Below, in pieces: positions 26,898 through 36,689 of a stretch of DNA of 64,000 nucleotides. The notes beneath the pieces were generated by a model. That model was not told the origin of the DNA. It worked only from the letters and a program-made list of their open reading frames with translations, and did not search any database. The stretch's first letter is position 1, and each line of letters opens with the position of its first letter. Source of the DNA: Clostridia bacterium (GTDB lineage Bacteria; Bacillota; Clostridia; Christensenellales; Borkfalkiaceae). The stretch lies in the NCBI GenBank assembly GCA_017407325.1, contig JAFQWV010000027.1:31623-95622 (forward strand), in the 5' to 3' direction. Made by a program: the position numbers and the translations under genes.

Positions 26898-29325
26898 ACA
26901 AATAGGTAAATTCAGGTAAAATCGTGCCGATATTTTTGATAGGTTTACCTTTTGTAGTTCTTGCTTCTCTTACTATTTGATCGGTGTCAGAATAGTATTC
27001 AACACCCATTCTATCTACTATATAAACGCCCTTAGTTTCGTCGCCTGTTATACTATCTGCAAACAAGACTTTTTCGTTAAGCTTGCTATCGCCAAGTTCA
27101 AAAATCTTAACGCCCTTTCTTGCTCTGGCAAGGCGAGAAATTGACGAGATTGCAACGACTTTATATTCGCCAGTAGTTGCACCGAGTGCTATTTTGTCCG
27201 TTTCGTCGTTGACTTGTTTGCTAAATACGACCTTATCACCTTCGTATAGGTCTACGCCCTTAACACCACCGGCAACTCTACCTTGTTCAGGAAGTTTATC
27301 CTTTTCAGCGTTTAAGCACATACCTTTTTCGGTAACAAAGAACATAGTCGTGTTTTCTTTTTCTTGTTCAACCCAAATAAGCTCGTCGCCGTCTTTGAGT
27401 TTAATTGCTTGATAAATACCCTTTTGAACGGTGTATTCCTTCCAATCGGTAAGCTTAACCATACCTTGTTTTGTGTAGAACATAAGCTTTCCGTCCGGAA
27501 CTTCAATTCCTTTAACTGCGAAGAAGCTTACAGGCATTTCGCCTTTTTCTGCTTCAGGGAACAGCGTTTCAAAGCTTACGCCGTCAACCAAAGTTCCTTT
27601 AGACTCTGAAAGTAGTTCCATATCAATCTTATAGCAGTTACCAAGGTTAGTAAACGCATAAACGAACTGGTCGGAACGAGCGTCAACGGTAAACTTGAAT
27701 ACGTCGCGTGCGTTAGGCTCGCCGTCAGACTCGATACGCTTGAACGTCGCAGGCTTAATCTTTCTAATTTTGCCCTTAGAGTTGAGCCCTACTACGAAGT
27801 TTTCGACAGGTACGGCATCGGTTGATTTTGAAATTACGATATCGCTTGCATTTTCAACGATTTGAGATCTTCTGTCGTCGCGATATTTCTTCTTAATCAC
27901 AAGCATTTCTGCTTCAACGACTTGCATTTGCTTAGCCTTGGAGTCGATTATCGCGTTATATTCCTTAATTTTAGCCTGCAATTCTTTAAGCTCGTTTTTA
28001 AGATTATCAATCTCAAGCTTAGTAAGTCTTGCAAGCCTTAAGTCTAAAATTGCGTTCGCTTGTTTATCGGTTAGCGAGAACGCTTTTTTAAGATTTTGGC
28101 GAGCAGTTGACGTATCTTGAGAAGTCTTGATTATTCTGATTACTTCGTCAATATTAGTTACCGCAACGATTAAACCTTCTAAAATGTGGGCGCGTTCTTT
28201 AGCCTTTTCAAGGTCGTATTTCGTTCTTCTTAAAATGACGTTTCTTTGATATTCAACGTAGTGACGGTAAATATCTAAAAGTCCAAGTTGTTGCGGTTTA
28301 CCTTCAGCGATTGCAACGATATTAATGCCGAACGAACACTCAAGGTTAGTCATTTTATAAAGCGAGGCAAGAATTTTGTCTACGTTTGCGTCTTTCTTAA
28401 GTCTGATAACGGCACGCATACCTTTACGGTCTGATTCGTCGTTTACCGATTGAATACCACCGAAAATTTCTTTTTTCTCGTCGCACAAGTCGTCAATCTT
28501 CTTTAAAAGTTGAGCTTTATTTACTTGGTAAGGAATTTCAGTAATGACAAGGCTTTGTCTATCGCCGTCGCCAACTTCTATATGAATTTTAGCGCGGAGC
28601 GTAATTTTACCCCTACCCGTTTGGTAAGCCTTTTTAAGTTCCGTACCCGCAATTATATAACCACCCGTAGGAAAGTCGGGACCTTTGACGATTTTCATCA
28701 TTTCGTCAAGCGTAATTTTAGGATTGTGTATATATGCAATTGCGCCGTCGATAACTTCAGCTAAGTTGTGCGTTGGAATATTCGTCGCAAGACCTACCGC
28801 AATACCCGTTGCGCCGTTAACCAAAAGGTTAGGATATCTACCCGGCAAAATGTCAGGTTCTTTAAGCGAGTCGTCAAAGTTAGGATTCCATCTTACGGTA
28901 TTTTTTTCAATATCCTTTAACAATTCTAACGCAAGCGGTTGCATTTTAACTTCCGTATAACGCATTGCAGCCGCAGGATCGCCGTCGATTGAACCAAAGT
29001 TTCCTTGACCTTCGACAAGTGGCATACGCATGTTATAAGGCTGAGCTAAACGAACCATCGCATCGTACACTGACGAGTCGCCGTGTGGGTGGTATTTTGC
29101 CAAGCAGTCACCGACAACTCTCGCGCTCTTTTTAAAGCCTTTGTCTGGGAACATTCCTTGTTCGTACATAGAATATAAAATTCTTCTTTGAACAGGCTTT
29201 AAGCCGTCCTCAACTCTTGGTAAGGCTCTATCGAGTATAACGTGTTCTGCGTACGGAATCATTGACGAGTGCAGAACTTCTTCCATTGTGTTGGTTATTA
29301 TTGATTCTCTTTTTACTACTTCCAT
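26875..29325 (-). CDS. parC: DNA topoisomerase IV subunit A
   Basis: 816 aa. Contains [11 protein letters not shown] (Q as in ParC; GyrA usually has H), YHPHGD and AAMRYTE. No GyrA-box seen in the C-terminal domain. Confidence 0.8.
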   Translation of the reverse strand: MEVVKRESIITNTMEEVLHSSMIPYAEHVILDRALPRVEDGLKPVQRRILYSMYEQGMFPDKGFKKSARVVGDCLAKYHPHGDSSVYDAMVRLAQPYNMRMPLVEGQGNFGSIDGDPAAAMRYTEVKMQPLALELLKDIEKNTVRWNPNFDDSLKEPDILPGRYPNLLVNGATGIAVGLATNIPTHNLAEVIDGAIAYIHNPKITLDEMMKIVKGPDFPTGGYIIAGTELKKAYQTGRGKITLRAKIHIEVGDGDRQSLVITEIPYQVNKAQLLKKIDDLCDEKKEIFGGIQSVNDESDRKGMRAVIRLKKDANVDKILASLYKMTNLECSFGINIVAIAEGKPQQLGLLDIYRHYVEYQRNVILRRTKYDLEKAKERAHILEGLIVAVTNIDEVIRIIKTSQDTSTARQNLKKAFSLTDKQANAILDLRLARLTKLEIDNLKNELKELQAKIKEYNAIIDSKAKQMQVVEAEMLVIKKKYRDDRRSQIVENASDIVISKSTDAVPVENFVVGLNSKGKIRKIKPATFKRIESDGEPNARDVFKFTVDARSDQFVYAFTNLGNCYKIDMELLSESKGTLVDGVSFETLFPEAEKGEMPVSFFAVKGIEVPDGKLMFYTKQGMVKLTDWKEYTVQKGIYQAIKLKDGDELIWVEQEKENTTMFFVTEKGMCLNAEKDKLPEQGRVAGGVKGVDLYEGDKVVFSKQVNDETDKIALGATTGEYKVVAISSISRLARARKGVKIFELGDSKLNEKVLFADSITGDETKGVYIVDRMGVEYYSDTDQIVREARTTKGKPIKNIGTILPEFTYLFARHSKD

Positions 29326-29370
29326 TGTTTAAAATCTCCAAATACCCTTAATAATCGACTTATTGACCGA

Positions 29371-31329
29371 CTAATCTCTGTTTCTAACTTCAAAGTCGTC
29401 AACTTTGTTGAAGTCTGCATATTTTTGAATATAAGCCTTTCTTTCTTCTAAGCCGTCACCCATTAAGATGGTGATAAGTCTTTCGGCTTCAGCCGCATCT
29501 TCAATGCTTACGCGCATTAAAATTCTCGTTTGCGGGTTCATAGTCGTTTCCCAAAGCTGACTTGGATTCATTTCGCCAAGCCCTTTATAGCGTTGAAGTT
29601 GATAGCCACGACCGACGATTTCTATCTTCTTTTTAAGTTCTTTATCGTCGTAGGCATATTCTACAACGTCTTTTTTATACACCTTATAAAGTGGTGGCAT
29701 ACCGATATAAACGTGACCTTCTTGAATAAGCTCGCGCATGTATCTAAAGAAGAAGGTTAGAAGAATTGCTCTTATATGTGCGCCGTCCTGGTCGGCATCA
29801 GATAAGATAATAACTTTATCATATCTTAAATCCTTCATAGAAAAATCACTGCCGATACCTGTTCCGAGTGCGCTTATAATAGTTCTAATTTCTTCGTTTT
29901 TCAAAACTTCTTCGATGCGCTTTTTCTCAGTATTAAGCGGTTTACCCCTAAGCGGTAAGATTGCTTGGTGCTGACGGTCACGACCTTGTTTTGCGCTACC
30001 GCCCGCCGAGTCACCTTCTACGATAAACACTTCGTTAAGTTCTGCTTTTCTTGACGAGCAGTCTGCAAGTTTACCAACGAGCTTTGCCCCATCAGCACTA
30101 TTTTTAGCCCTTGCAACTTCTTTAGCCTTTCTGGCTGCCGTTCTTGCTTTTTCTGCAGCAAGCGCCTTTTCCATCATTTTTTCTAGAATTTCAGTTTTCT
30201 TTTTGTCCTTTCCTAACTGAGCAAGTTCCGTTATAGTAACGCTTTCAACCGCAGGTTTAACTTCTGGGTTTCCAAGTTTGGTCTTAGTTTGACCTTCAAA
30301 CTCGACGTTTTTCATTTTTATAGAAATAATCGCCGTCATACCTTCGCGGAAATCTTCGCCGATAAGATTTTGGTCTTTCGCTTTCAAGAAACCGCGCTCT
30401 CTTGCGATATCGTTCATAATACGCGTTACACCCGACTTAAAGCCGACTTCGTGCATACCGCCTTCAGGCGTTGGAATATTGTTTACGAACGAATAAATAC
30501 TTTCGGTGTAAGCGTCAGTGTGTTGAATAGCAAACTCAATCTTAATATCGTCTTTTTCTTTGCAAACGTAAATAGGCTCGCTATAAAGAGTGGTTTTTCC
30601 TTCGTTAAGGTATTTAACAAAGTCGATAATACCACCGTCATAACAAAATTCTTCGGTTACAGGGTTTTCACTTCTTTTGTCGGTGAAGGTAATTTTTACA
30701 CCCTTATTCAAAAACGCAAGCTCTTTTAAGCGCTTTGATATAATTTCAGCTTTAAACTCAACCGTTTCAAAAATGGTCGCATCTGGCTTAAAGCGAACGA
30801 ACGAGCCGTGCTTATTCGTCTTTTCCTTAGTATTTTCAAGCTCGCCTTGTGGGATACCTGCATAGATTTTTCCGTTTCGCTTGTCCACCCAGCTTTTAAA
30901 GTCCATTTTATAAACTGTCTTTTTATAGACTTCAACCTTAAGCCACTCGCTTAGTGCGTTCGTAACGGATGCGCCAACGCCGTGCAGACCGCCAGAGAAT
31001 TTATAATTGTCGTTATTAAACTTACCCCCTGCGTGAAGCTGGGTAAATACGACTTGAACACCACTAACTTTTGCTTTAGGGTGAATATCTGTAGGAATAC
31101 CACGTCCGTTATCCTCAACCGACGCGCTGCCGTCTTTATATAATATTACTGAAACGGTATCAGCATAGCCGTTTGCCGCTTCGTCAATAGCGTTATCTAC
31201 TATTTCCCACAAAATATGATGAAGACCTTTCACACCGGTACTTCCGATATACATACCGGGCCTAACTCTTACCGCCTCAAGACCTTCTAAGATATCAATA
31301 TCGCCTGAACTATATCCGTTTGCTGCCAT
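29371..31329 (-). CDS. parE: DNA topoisomerase IV subunit B
   Basis: 652 aa. GHKL ATPase region (LEGLEAVRVRPGMYIGST, GGLHGVGASV) and Toprim region (EGDSAGGSAKQGRDR, PLRGK). Paired with parC. Confidence 0.8.
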   Translation of the reverse strand: MAANGYSSGDIDILEGLEAVRVRPGMYIGSTGVKGLHHILWEIVDNAIDEAANGYADTVSVILYKDGSASVEDNGRGIPTDIHPKAKVSGVQVVFTQLHAGGKFNNDNYKFSGGLHGVGASVTNALSEWLKVEVYKKTVYKMDFKSWVDKRNGKIYAGIPQGELENTKEKTNKHGSFVRFKPDATIFETVEFKAEIISKRLKELAFLNKGVKITFTDKRSENPVTEEFCYDGGIIDFVKYLNEGKTTLYSEPIYVCKEKDDIKIEFAIQHTDAYTESIYSFVNNIPTPEGGMHEVGFKSGVTRIMNDIARERGFLKAKDQNLIGEDFREGMTAIISIKMKNVEFEGQTKTKLGNPEVKPAVESVTITELAQLGKDKKKTEILEKMMEKALAAEKARTAARKAKEVARAKNSADGAKLVGKLADCSSRKAELNEVFIVEGDSAGGSAKQGRDRQHQAILPLRGKPLNTEKKRIEEVLKNEEIRTIISALGTGIGSDFSMKDLRYDKVIILSDADQDGAHIRAILLTFFFRYMRELIQEGHVYIGMPPLYKVYKKDVVEYAYDDKELKKKIEIVGRGYQLQRYKGLGEMNPSQLWETTMNPQTRILMRVSIEDAAEAERLITILMGDGLEERKAYIQKYADFNKVDDFEVRNRD

Positions 31330-31405
31330 AACTACTCCTTAATTTATCGTATATTATATTTTTTATCTGAAAATTGAATTAATTGAACTATTCAAAGGCT
31401 TTTTC

Positions 31406-31951
31406 TTATTCTGACTTTTTACTTAAAGTCTTTAAAACCCTTAAACCGTTCTCTACCCTTTCGAGATAGCCGTACTTTAGCATCTCGTTTTTTATAAGAA
31501 TAAACTCATCAAAAACGTCGGCAATTATAAGATGAACTTCTTTATCTGAATAAATTCTATTCTTTTTAAACTTTTTCGCAATCTCGCCCAAAACCACTTC
31601 TCGCTTTTTAATCTGAACAGGAAGCGCCAAAAGTTTTCCATCCATAAAGCATTCGTCTAAGACTTCTTTATTAAAAGCGTTTTTATGAATTTCTCTGTTT
31701 TCTTTAATTATATCCTTCAACGACCTATCAAGCGAGTGTGGATTTAGCGAATACGTTTGATAGTACTGTTCTTTTTTAGACACGACAAAACCAACCGCCT
31801 GCAACTTTTTCAAGTGAAAGCTTGCGGTTGATACCGTGATATTTAATTCCATTGCAATCTCTTCCACGAACTTAGGCTTTTCCATTAAAGAAGATAAAAT
31901 TTTTAAGCGCGTGGAATCGGCAACGGCTTTTAAGAACAATTCTGCACTCAT
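31406..31951 (-). CDS. ArsR-family HTH regulator with DUF2087-like C-terminal domain
   Basis: 181 aa. N-terminal wHTH (LKAVADSTRLKILSSL...EIAMELNITVSTASFHLKKL). C-terminal segment YSDKEVHLIIADVFDEF...GYLER. Confidence 0.78.
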   Translation of the reverse strand: MSAELFLKAVADSTRLKILSSLMEKPKFVEEIAMELNITVSTASFHLKKLQAVGFVVSKKEQYYQTYSLNPHSLDRSLKDIIKENREIHKNAFNKEVLDECFMDGKLLALPVQIKKREVVLGEIAKKFKKNRIYSDKEVHLIIADVFDEFILIKNEMLKYGYLERVENGLRVLKTLSKKSE

Positions 31952-32095
31952 CTTGATTTTATAACCGTCGAATTATTTTTTCTAATTTGATATTATACTA
32001 ATAAAAACAAATTTGTCAAGCTATTTTTAACAAAATTTAAAAATTTTCAATAAAAAACGCTCATATTTTTTGATAAATACAAGCGTTTTTTGTTT

Positions 32096-32419
32096 TTATT
32101 CAATTATTATTTGACCTATGAAAAGGTTGTCAACTTTGTTTTTTAGTTTCAAACTTTCTATTTCATTTTTAGACTTTGTTCTTAGATACTCGTCTGTCAA
32201 CATAAAACTTTCTCCACGCGAGATAATAATCAGCGCATCACCATGTTTCGGTTCTTTTTTAAGCGAATTATCCAAAATAATAAATTGTGGCGTAGTTTTG
32301 AATTTTTGCGAAATTTCAAGCACCGTTTCGTTTTTACCAACAAAATAAACGGTTTTATTAAAAATATTAATTGGGGTTAATAACTTCATACTAATACGAA
32401 TATATTTTTGTATAAGCAT
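32096..32419 (-). CDS. small hypothetical protein, LysM-like segment (start uncertain)
   Basis: 107-aa ORF. VYFVGKNETVLEISQKFKTTPQFIILDN...GDALII follows a LysM-like spacing. No SD at either candidate ATG. Confidence 0.4.
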   Translation of the reverse strand: MLIQKYIRISMKLLTPINIFNKTVYFVGKNETVLEISQKFKTTPQFIILDNSLKKEPKHGDALIIISRGESFMLTDEYLRTKSKNEIESLKLKNKVDNLFIGQIIIE

Positions 32420-33928
32420 TTTTATTACAAACTACGGGGTGATACTATAAAAAAAGTTTTTAAGACCGTTGCGCTTGTAACCGTTTTTTCTTGTTTCGAG
32501 CGTTTTTTAGGTTTCCTTTACAGAATATTCTTATCTCGAAAGCTCGGCGCAGAAGGAATCGGTATGTACCAAATCACTTTGTCGGTCGTCGGAGTGCTTG
32601 TCACACTTACGGCAAGTGGAACGCCTATTACCGTTTCAAGACTTATGCTAAAAGCGCGTGCAAAAAACAATCCGCAAACCGAGCGCGACGTAATTTCAGC
32701 AGGTATATTCACAAGCCTTTTAATAAGCCTTCCGATAACGATAGCACTTTATGCGTTTAAGAGTAAACTAAGCTTTATTTTTGCCGATCCACGATGCTAT
32801 GATTTACTTTTAGTAATCTTGCCAAGCATAGTGTTAACAAGTGTTTACGCAGTTATACGCGGGGTTTTTTGGGGAAACAAGAATTTTTTAACCTATTCGT
32901 TAATCGAGCTTATCGAAGAAGTTATAATGATTGTATTCGGTTTTTTCTTAGTATCGAAAATGACGTCAATCTACGACGGAACGGTGCGAGCAGGTTATTC
33001 GATTTTTATATCTTACGTCGTATCTTTCGTCATCTCGACAACCATCTTTATCGTTCAAGGTGGAAAACTGACAAATCCTGTAAAGCAGTTCTTGCCACTT
33101 ATCGAATCGTCACTTCCCATAACATTAATGCGAACGGGAACCTCACTTATATCAAGCTTAGTTGCAATAATATTACCTATGCGACTTATCGCAACGGGGC
33201 TAACGTCAAGCGATGCCCTCGCACTCTACGGCGAACTTAGCGGTATGACTTTACCACTTCTATTTATTCCGTCAACGCTTATAGGCTCGATAGCACTCGT
33301 TCTTGTTCCGGATATATCCGAAAACTTTTATAAAAATAATATTGAAATTCTAAAAAACAAAATCTCTGGCGCAATAAAATGTTCAGTTTTAATATCCTGC
33401 TTAATCTTTCCTACGTTTATTGCTTGCGGTAGAGAAATAGGCGTTTTAATCTACTCTAACTTAAACGCAGGAATTATGCTTTCAGCGTCGGCTATTATGA
33501 TGCTACCTATGAGTATAACAATGATTACTAACAGCGTGCTAAATTCTATGAATATGGAAAAGAAAACGCTTTTATTCTATCTTATAGGCGCGTGTTTTTT
33601 ACTTGCGTTCGTTTGGTTTTTGCCGTCAATTTGTGGCGTTTACGCGCTTATTTGGGGACATATTGCAAGTTACGTAATTACGGCAATTCTAAATTTAATT
33701 ACTCTTGAACTTGCCTTTTACAAAAATATATCCTACAAAAAGCACCTTGTACTATCTTTTCTGTCTGCGCTGCTATCAACCTTTTTTGGAGTGTTTATTA
33801 ACGGCATTTTGTCGAACTTTTTCGGAAATCTTTTAGTGCTTATAATATCAACCGTAGCAGTTTTGATATTCGACTTTATACTTATGAAAATTTTTTCCGT
33901 TTTCGAATTTTTAAAAAGGGTTAATTAA
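32408..33928 (+). CDS. spoVB: SpoVB/MurJ-type (MOP superfamily) flippase
   Basis: About 14 TM segments. The N-terminal FERFLGFLYRIFLSRKLGAEGIGMY resembles SpoVB. The true start is unclear: TTG 32408 lacks an SD, and GGGGTGAT precedes an in-frame ATA at about 32447. Confidence 0.75.
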   Translation: MYKHFYYKLRGDTIKKVFKTVALVTVFSCFERFLGFLYRIFLSRKLGAEGIGMYQITLSVVGVLVTLTASGTPITVSRLMLKARAKNNPQTERDVISAGIFTSLLISLPITIALYAFKSKLSFIFADPRCYDLLLVILPSIVLTSVYAVIRGVFWGNKNFLTYSLIELIEEVIMIVFGFFLVSKMTSIYDGTVRAGYSIFISYVVSFVISTTIFIVQGGKLTNPVKQFLPLIESSLPITLMRTGTSLISSLVAIILPMRLIATGLTSSDALALYGELSGMTLPLLFIPSTLIGSIALVLVPDISENFYKNNIEILKNKISGAIKCSVLISCLIFPTFIACGREIGVLIYSNLNAGIMLSASAIMMLPMSITMITNSVLNSMNMEKKTLLFYLIGACFLLAFVWFLPSICGVYALIWGHIASYVITAILNLITLELAFYKNISYKKHLVLSFLSALLSTFFGVFINGILSNFFGNLLVLIISTVAVLIFDFILMKIFSVFEFLKRVN

Positions 33929-33971
33929 CGCTTGACAATTAATATCTATTGTTATATATTATTTTCACAAA

Positions 33972-34110
33972 TGCAGAGTAGGATTACCGCGTTAAGTGTT
34001 GCAAAACGGGATGTTGTTTGCAAACGAAAGACGTTGTCTGCGATGGTTGTCCGCGTCCGTTGCAAATAAGCAATCAGGTTCTCTACTTTTGTAGAGAATT
34101 TTTTGCTTTT
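33972..34110 (+). ncRNA. THF (tetrahydrofolate) riboswitch with terminator expression platform
   Basis: GCAGAGUAGGAUUACCGCGUUAAGUGUUGCAAAACGGGAUGUUGUUUGCAAACGAAAG... matches the conserved AGAGUAG / CGCGUUAAGUGU / GGGAUGU / AACGAA blocks of the folT-motif aptamer as I remember them. It is followed by TTCTCTACttttGTAGAGAATTTTTTGCTTTTT, directly upstream of folT. Confidence 0.85.
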
Positions 34111-34137
34111 TACGGAACTCTATTAAGGAGTTTTATT

Positions 34138-34815
34138 ATGTTTAATTTACTTGCACCAAGCGCCTTTGATTTTAAGGCAATTTTTTCTAACGTTCTATCT
34201 GAATGGTACTATTATCTAACTTTTATTCTAATAGTGCTGACGGTAATTTTTCTTGTCGTTAAGTTCAAACCGCAAGAAAAAGTCGAACTTAAGAAAACGC
34301 ATAAACTATCAATAATTGCAATTCTTTCCGCGCTTTGCGTTATTGCAAATATTTTCTCATTTGGCTCGGATTTTGTAAAGTTTTCGTTTGTTAGCGTAGT
34401 GTGCTTTATCGCAGGTTTTACGCTTGGTCCAATCGGAGGACTTGCAGTTGGTTTTATTGGCGACTTTTTGGCGGGAATAATCTTTCCGTTTGGCGTATAT
34501 AACCCGATAATCGCGCTCGGTAGCGCTTTATTTGGTTTTATCCCCGGAATTATCTTCCACTATTTTAAAGGAAACAATATCATAAAAACGGTCGTTTCGT
34601 TTATAATTTGCTACGTCGTTTGTTCGGTTCTCTTAAACACTACCGCAACCTATTTTATGTACTTACACGGAAATTCGGCTAAGTATCAAACGGTATTTGC
34701 TTACCTCGTTGCAAGAATTCCGACGACTGCAATTACCCAAGGTATCAATCTTGTAATTTCAATCTTGCTACTTCCTGCACTTAATAAAATTAAAGAAACA
34801 CTTTTGAAAAAATAA
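34138..34815 (+). CDS. folT: folate-family ECF transporter S component
   Basis: About 225-aa membrane protein starting at ATG 34138 (AAGGAG SD), downstream of the THF riboswitch. The ORF-track start 34018 lies inside the aptamer. Confidence 0.8.
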   Translation: MFNLLAPSAFDFKAIFSNVLSEWYYYLTFILIVLTVIFLVVKFKPQEKVELKKTHKLSIIAILSALCVIANIFSFGSDFVKFSFVSVVCFIAGFTLGPIGGLAVGFIGDFLAGIIFPFGVYNPIIALGSALFGFIPGIIFHYFKGNNIIKTVVSFIICYVVCSVLLNTTATYFMYLHGNSAKYQTVFAYLVARIPTTAITQGINLVISILLLPALNKIKETLLKK

Positions 34816-34821
34816 TAAAAA

Positions 34822-34866
34822 AGAAAAGCGCGGTTATCAAAACGTTTTGATAACCGCGTTAATTTA
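34822..34866. terminator. bidirectional terminator (folT / aminotransferase)
   Basis: Perfect 30-nt palindrome CGCGGTTATCAAAACGTTTTGATAACCGCG with A-rich and T-rich flanks. Confidence 0.85.
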
Positions 34867-36042
34867 TTTGATTTTTTCTATAAACTTTCTTATTCTTTCA
34901 AGTGCTTTTTCAATATCTTTTATACTGTAAGCATAACTTATGCGAACGAAGTTTTTTCCTGACTTACCAAAAGCACTGCCGGGAACAACCGCCACCCACT
35001 CGCTATCGAGTAATTTTTGAGCAAATTCGTCGCCATCCATACCAAAAGATTCGACGGAAGCAAAAACGTAAAACGCTCCACGTGGTGGAATACATTTAAA
35101 TCCCATATCTTCAAGCTCATTGACAAGATATCTTCTTCGCATATCGTATTCGTCGCGCATATCGTTAATAACCGAAAAGTCGTTCTCAAAACAATCTTTT
35201 AAGCACGCAACACCTGCATACTGACTTATAGTCGGCGCACACATAATTGCGTATTGATGAATTTTGATAAGCACGCTACAAATTTCTTTCGGTGCTAAGA
35301 GATAACCAAGTCTCCAGCCAGTCATAGCAAAAAACTTAGAAAAACCGTTAATAACTACTGTGCGTTCTTTTAGTCCAGCGATATTCGCAGGAGATACGTG
35401 AACGCCCTCGTAAGTTAATTCGCTATATATCTCGTCACTTATAACGATAAGGTCGTTTTCGATAATAAGTGGGGCTATAAGCTCGTAATCTTCCTTATTC
35501 ATAGTTGCGCCCGTCGGATTATTCGGGTAAGAAAGAATAATTGCTTTAGTTTTACCAGTTATGCACTTTTTAAGATTTTCCGGCGTTACCTTAAATTCGG
35601 TTTCCTTTTCGCAAGGGATAGGAATAGCCACACCACTTTGAAGTTCAACGCACGGCGCGTAGGATACGTAGCTTGGATCAAGCACTAAAACTTCATCACC
35701 GGGATTTATAAACCCACGCAAAGTCATATCAACTGCTTCAGATGCTCCGATAGTTACGATAACTTCATTTTTAGGGTCGTATTCCAGGTTGTATTTAGTG
35801 TTGTAAAAACGCGAGATAAGCTCTCTAAGCTCGTCAAGTCCCCAATTTGACGTGTAATGAGTATAGCCTTTTCTAATTGCGTTCATAGCAAAATTACGAC
35901 CACTCCAAGGCGTGTCAAAGTCAGGCTCTCCAACACCTAAGGAAATAGCGTTTTCATTTTTCCTTACGATATCGAAAAACTTTCGAATTCCCGAAGGCTT
36001 TATTTCTTTTGCTTTTTTGGAAAAATATTTATCGTAATCCAT
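34864..36042 (-). CDS. class I/II PLP-dependent aminotransferase
   Basis: 392 aa. SGIRKFFD, PNNPTG and the PLP-lysine context NGFSKFFAMTGWRLGY. Confidence 0.88.
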   Translation of the reverse strand: MDYDKYFSKKAKEIKPSGIRKFFDIVRKNENAISLGVGEPDFDTPWSGRNFAMNAIRKGYTHYTSNWGLDELRELISRFYNTKYNLEYDPKNEVIVTIGASEAVDMTLRGFINPGDEVLVLDPSYVSYAPCVELQSGVAIPIPCEKETEFKVTPENLKKCITGKTKAIILSYPNNPTGATMNKEDYELIAPLIIENDLIVISDEIYSELTYEGVHVSPANIAGLKERTVVINGFSKFFAMTGWRLGYLLAPKEICSVLIKIHQYAIMCAPTISQYAGVACLKDCFENDFSVINDMRDEYDMRRRYLVNELEDMGFKCIPPRGAFYVFASVESFGMDGDEFAQKLLDSEWVAVVPGSAFGKSGKNFVRISYAYSIKDIEKALERIRKFIEKIK

Positions 36043-36044
36043 TT

Positions 36045-36533
36045 TTATTCGTGTATGCTAATTCTCTTAGACTTTTTGGTATTGCCTAACAAAATTCCGC
36101 CTTCCTTATATTTTTTCAAGATAAAATGCGTGGTGACGCTGGTTACGCAGTCGATACCAGAAAGTCTTTCACTGATAAAGAGTGCTACGTCGCGCATAGT
36201 AGTCCCCTCTAAAGTAATAGAAAAATCATAAGTGCCACTCATAAGATAAACAGACTTAACTTCTGGAAAACTTGATAAATCTTCTGCAATCTTTTCAAAC
36301 CCTGCGCGAGCTTGTGGTGTAACTTTAACTTCAACTAGCGCATCAACTAGTTCTTCCCCCGTCTTTTCATGATTGATAACGGCTGTATACTTTACGATCA
36401 CACCGTCTTTTTCAAGTTCTGAGATAACTTTTTCAATCTCTTTTTCTTCCACTCCAAACATGACGCCAAGTTTTTTAGGCGTATAGCGTGCATCATCTTG
36501 CAATGCGTTTAAGACTTTTTTCTTTAAATCCAT
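36045..36533 (-). CDS. Lrp/AsnC-family transcriptional regulator
   Basis: 162 aa with an N-terminal HTH plus a RAM-like domain. Its stop lies 2 nt before the aminotransferase start. Confidence 0.85.
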   Translation of the reverse strand: MDLKKKVLNALQDDARYTPKKLGVMFGVEEKEIEKVISELEKDGVIVKYTAVINHEKTGEELVDALVEVKVTPQARAGFEKIAEDLSSFPEVKSVYLMSGTYDFSITLEGTTMRDVALFISERLSGIDCVTSVTTHFILKKYKEGGILLGNTKKSKRISIHE

Positions 36534-36602
36534 AAAAATATCCGTCCTTTATGTTTTACTTCTTATATTTTTTGAGAATATTATAACTATAGGAGAACTA
36601 AT

Positions 36603-36689
36603 ATGTTGTTATTAAGTATCGGTTTAGTTATAGGCGCAAACTTGGGTTTATTTTTCTTTGCACTGATAAATGCTTCTAAAAAAGATTAA
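36603..36689 (+). CDS. candidate 28-aa hydrophobic mini-protein
   Basis: AGGAGA SD sits 6 nt before the ATG. Peptide is MLLLSIGLVIGANLGLFFFALINASKKD. Its stop overlaps the convergent ABC exporter stop by 4 nt. Confidence 0.35.
   Translation: MLLLSIGLVIGANLGLFFFALINASKKD

Noticed and set aside
26875-31329. Calling the type IIA topoisomerase pair gyrB/gyrA
   Set aside because: The A subunit has KPVQRRIL (ParC-like Q), and I could not find a GyrA-box in the C-terminal domain. The pair is not next to dnaA/dnaN/recF. The ParE/ParC call is preferred, but only at moderate confidence.
34018-34137. N-terminal 40 codons of the ORF-track folT model
   Set aside because: They overlap the THF aptamer and its terminator. 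An AAGGAG SD precedes ATG 34138.
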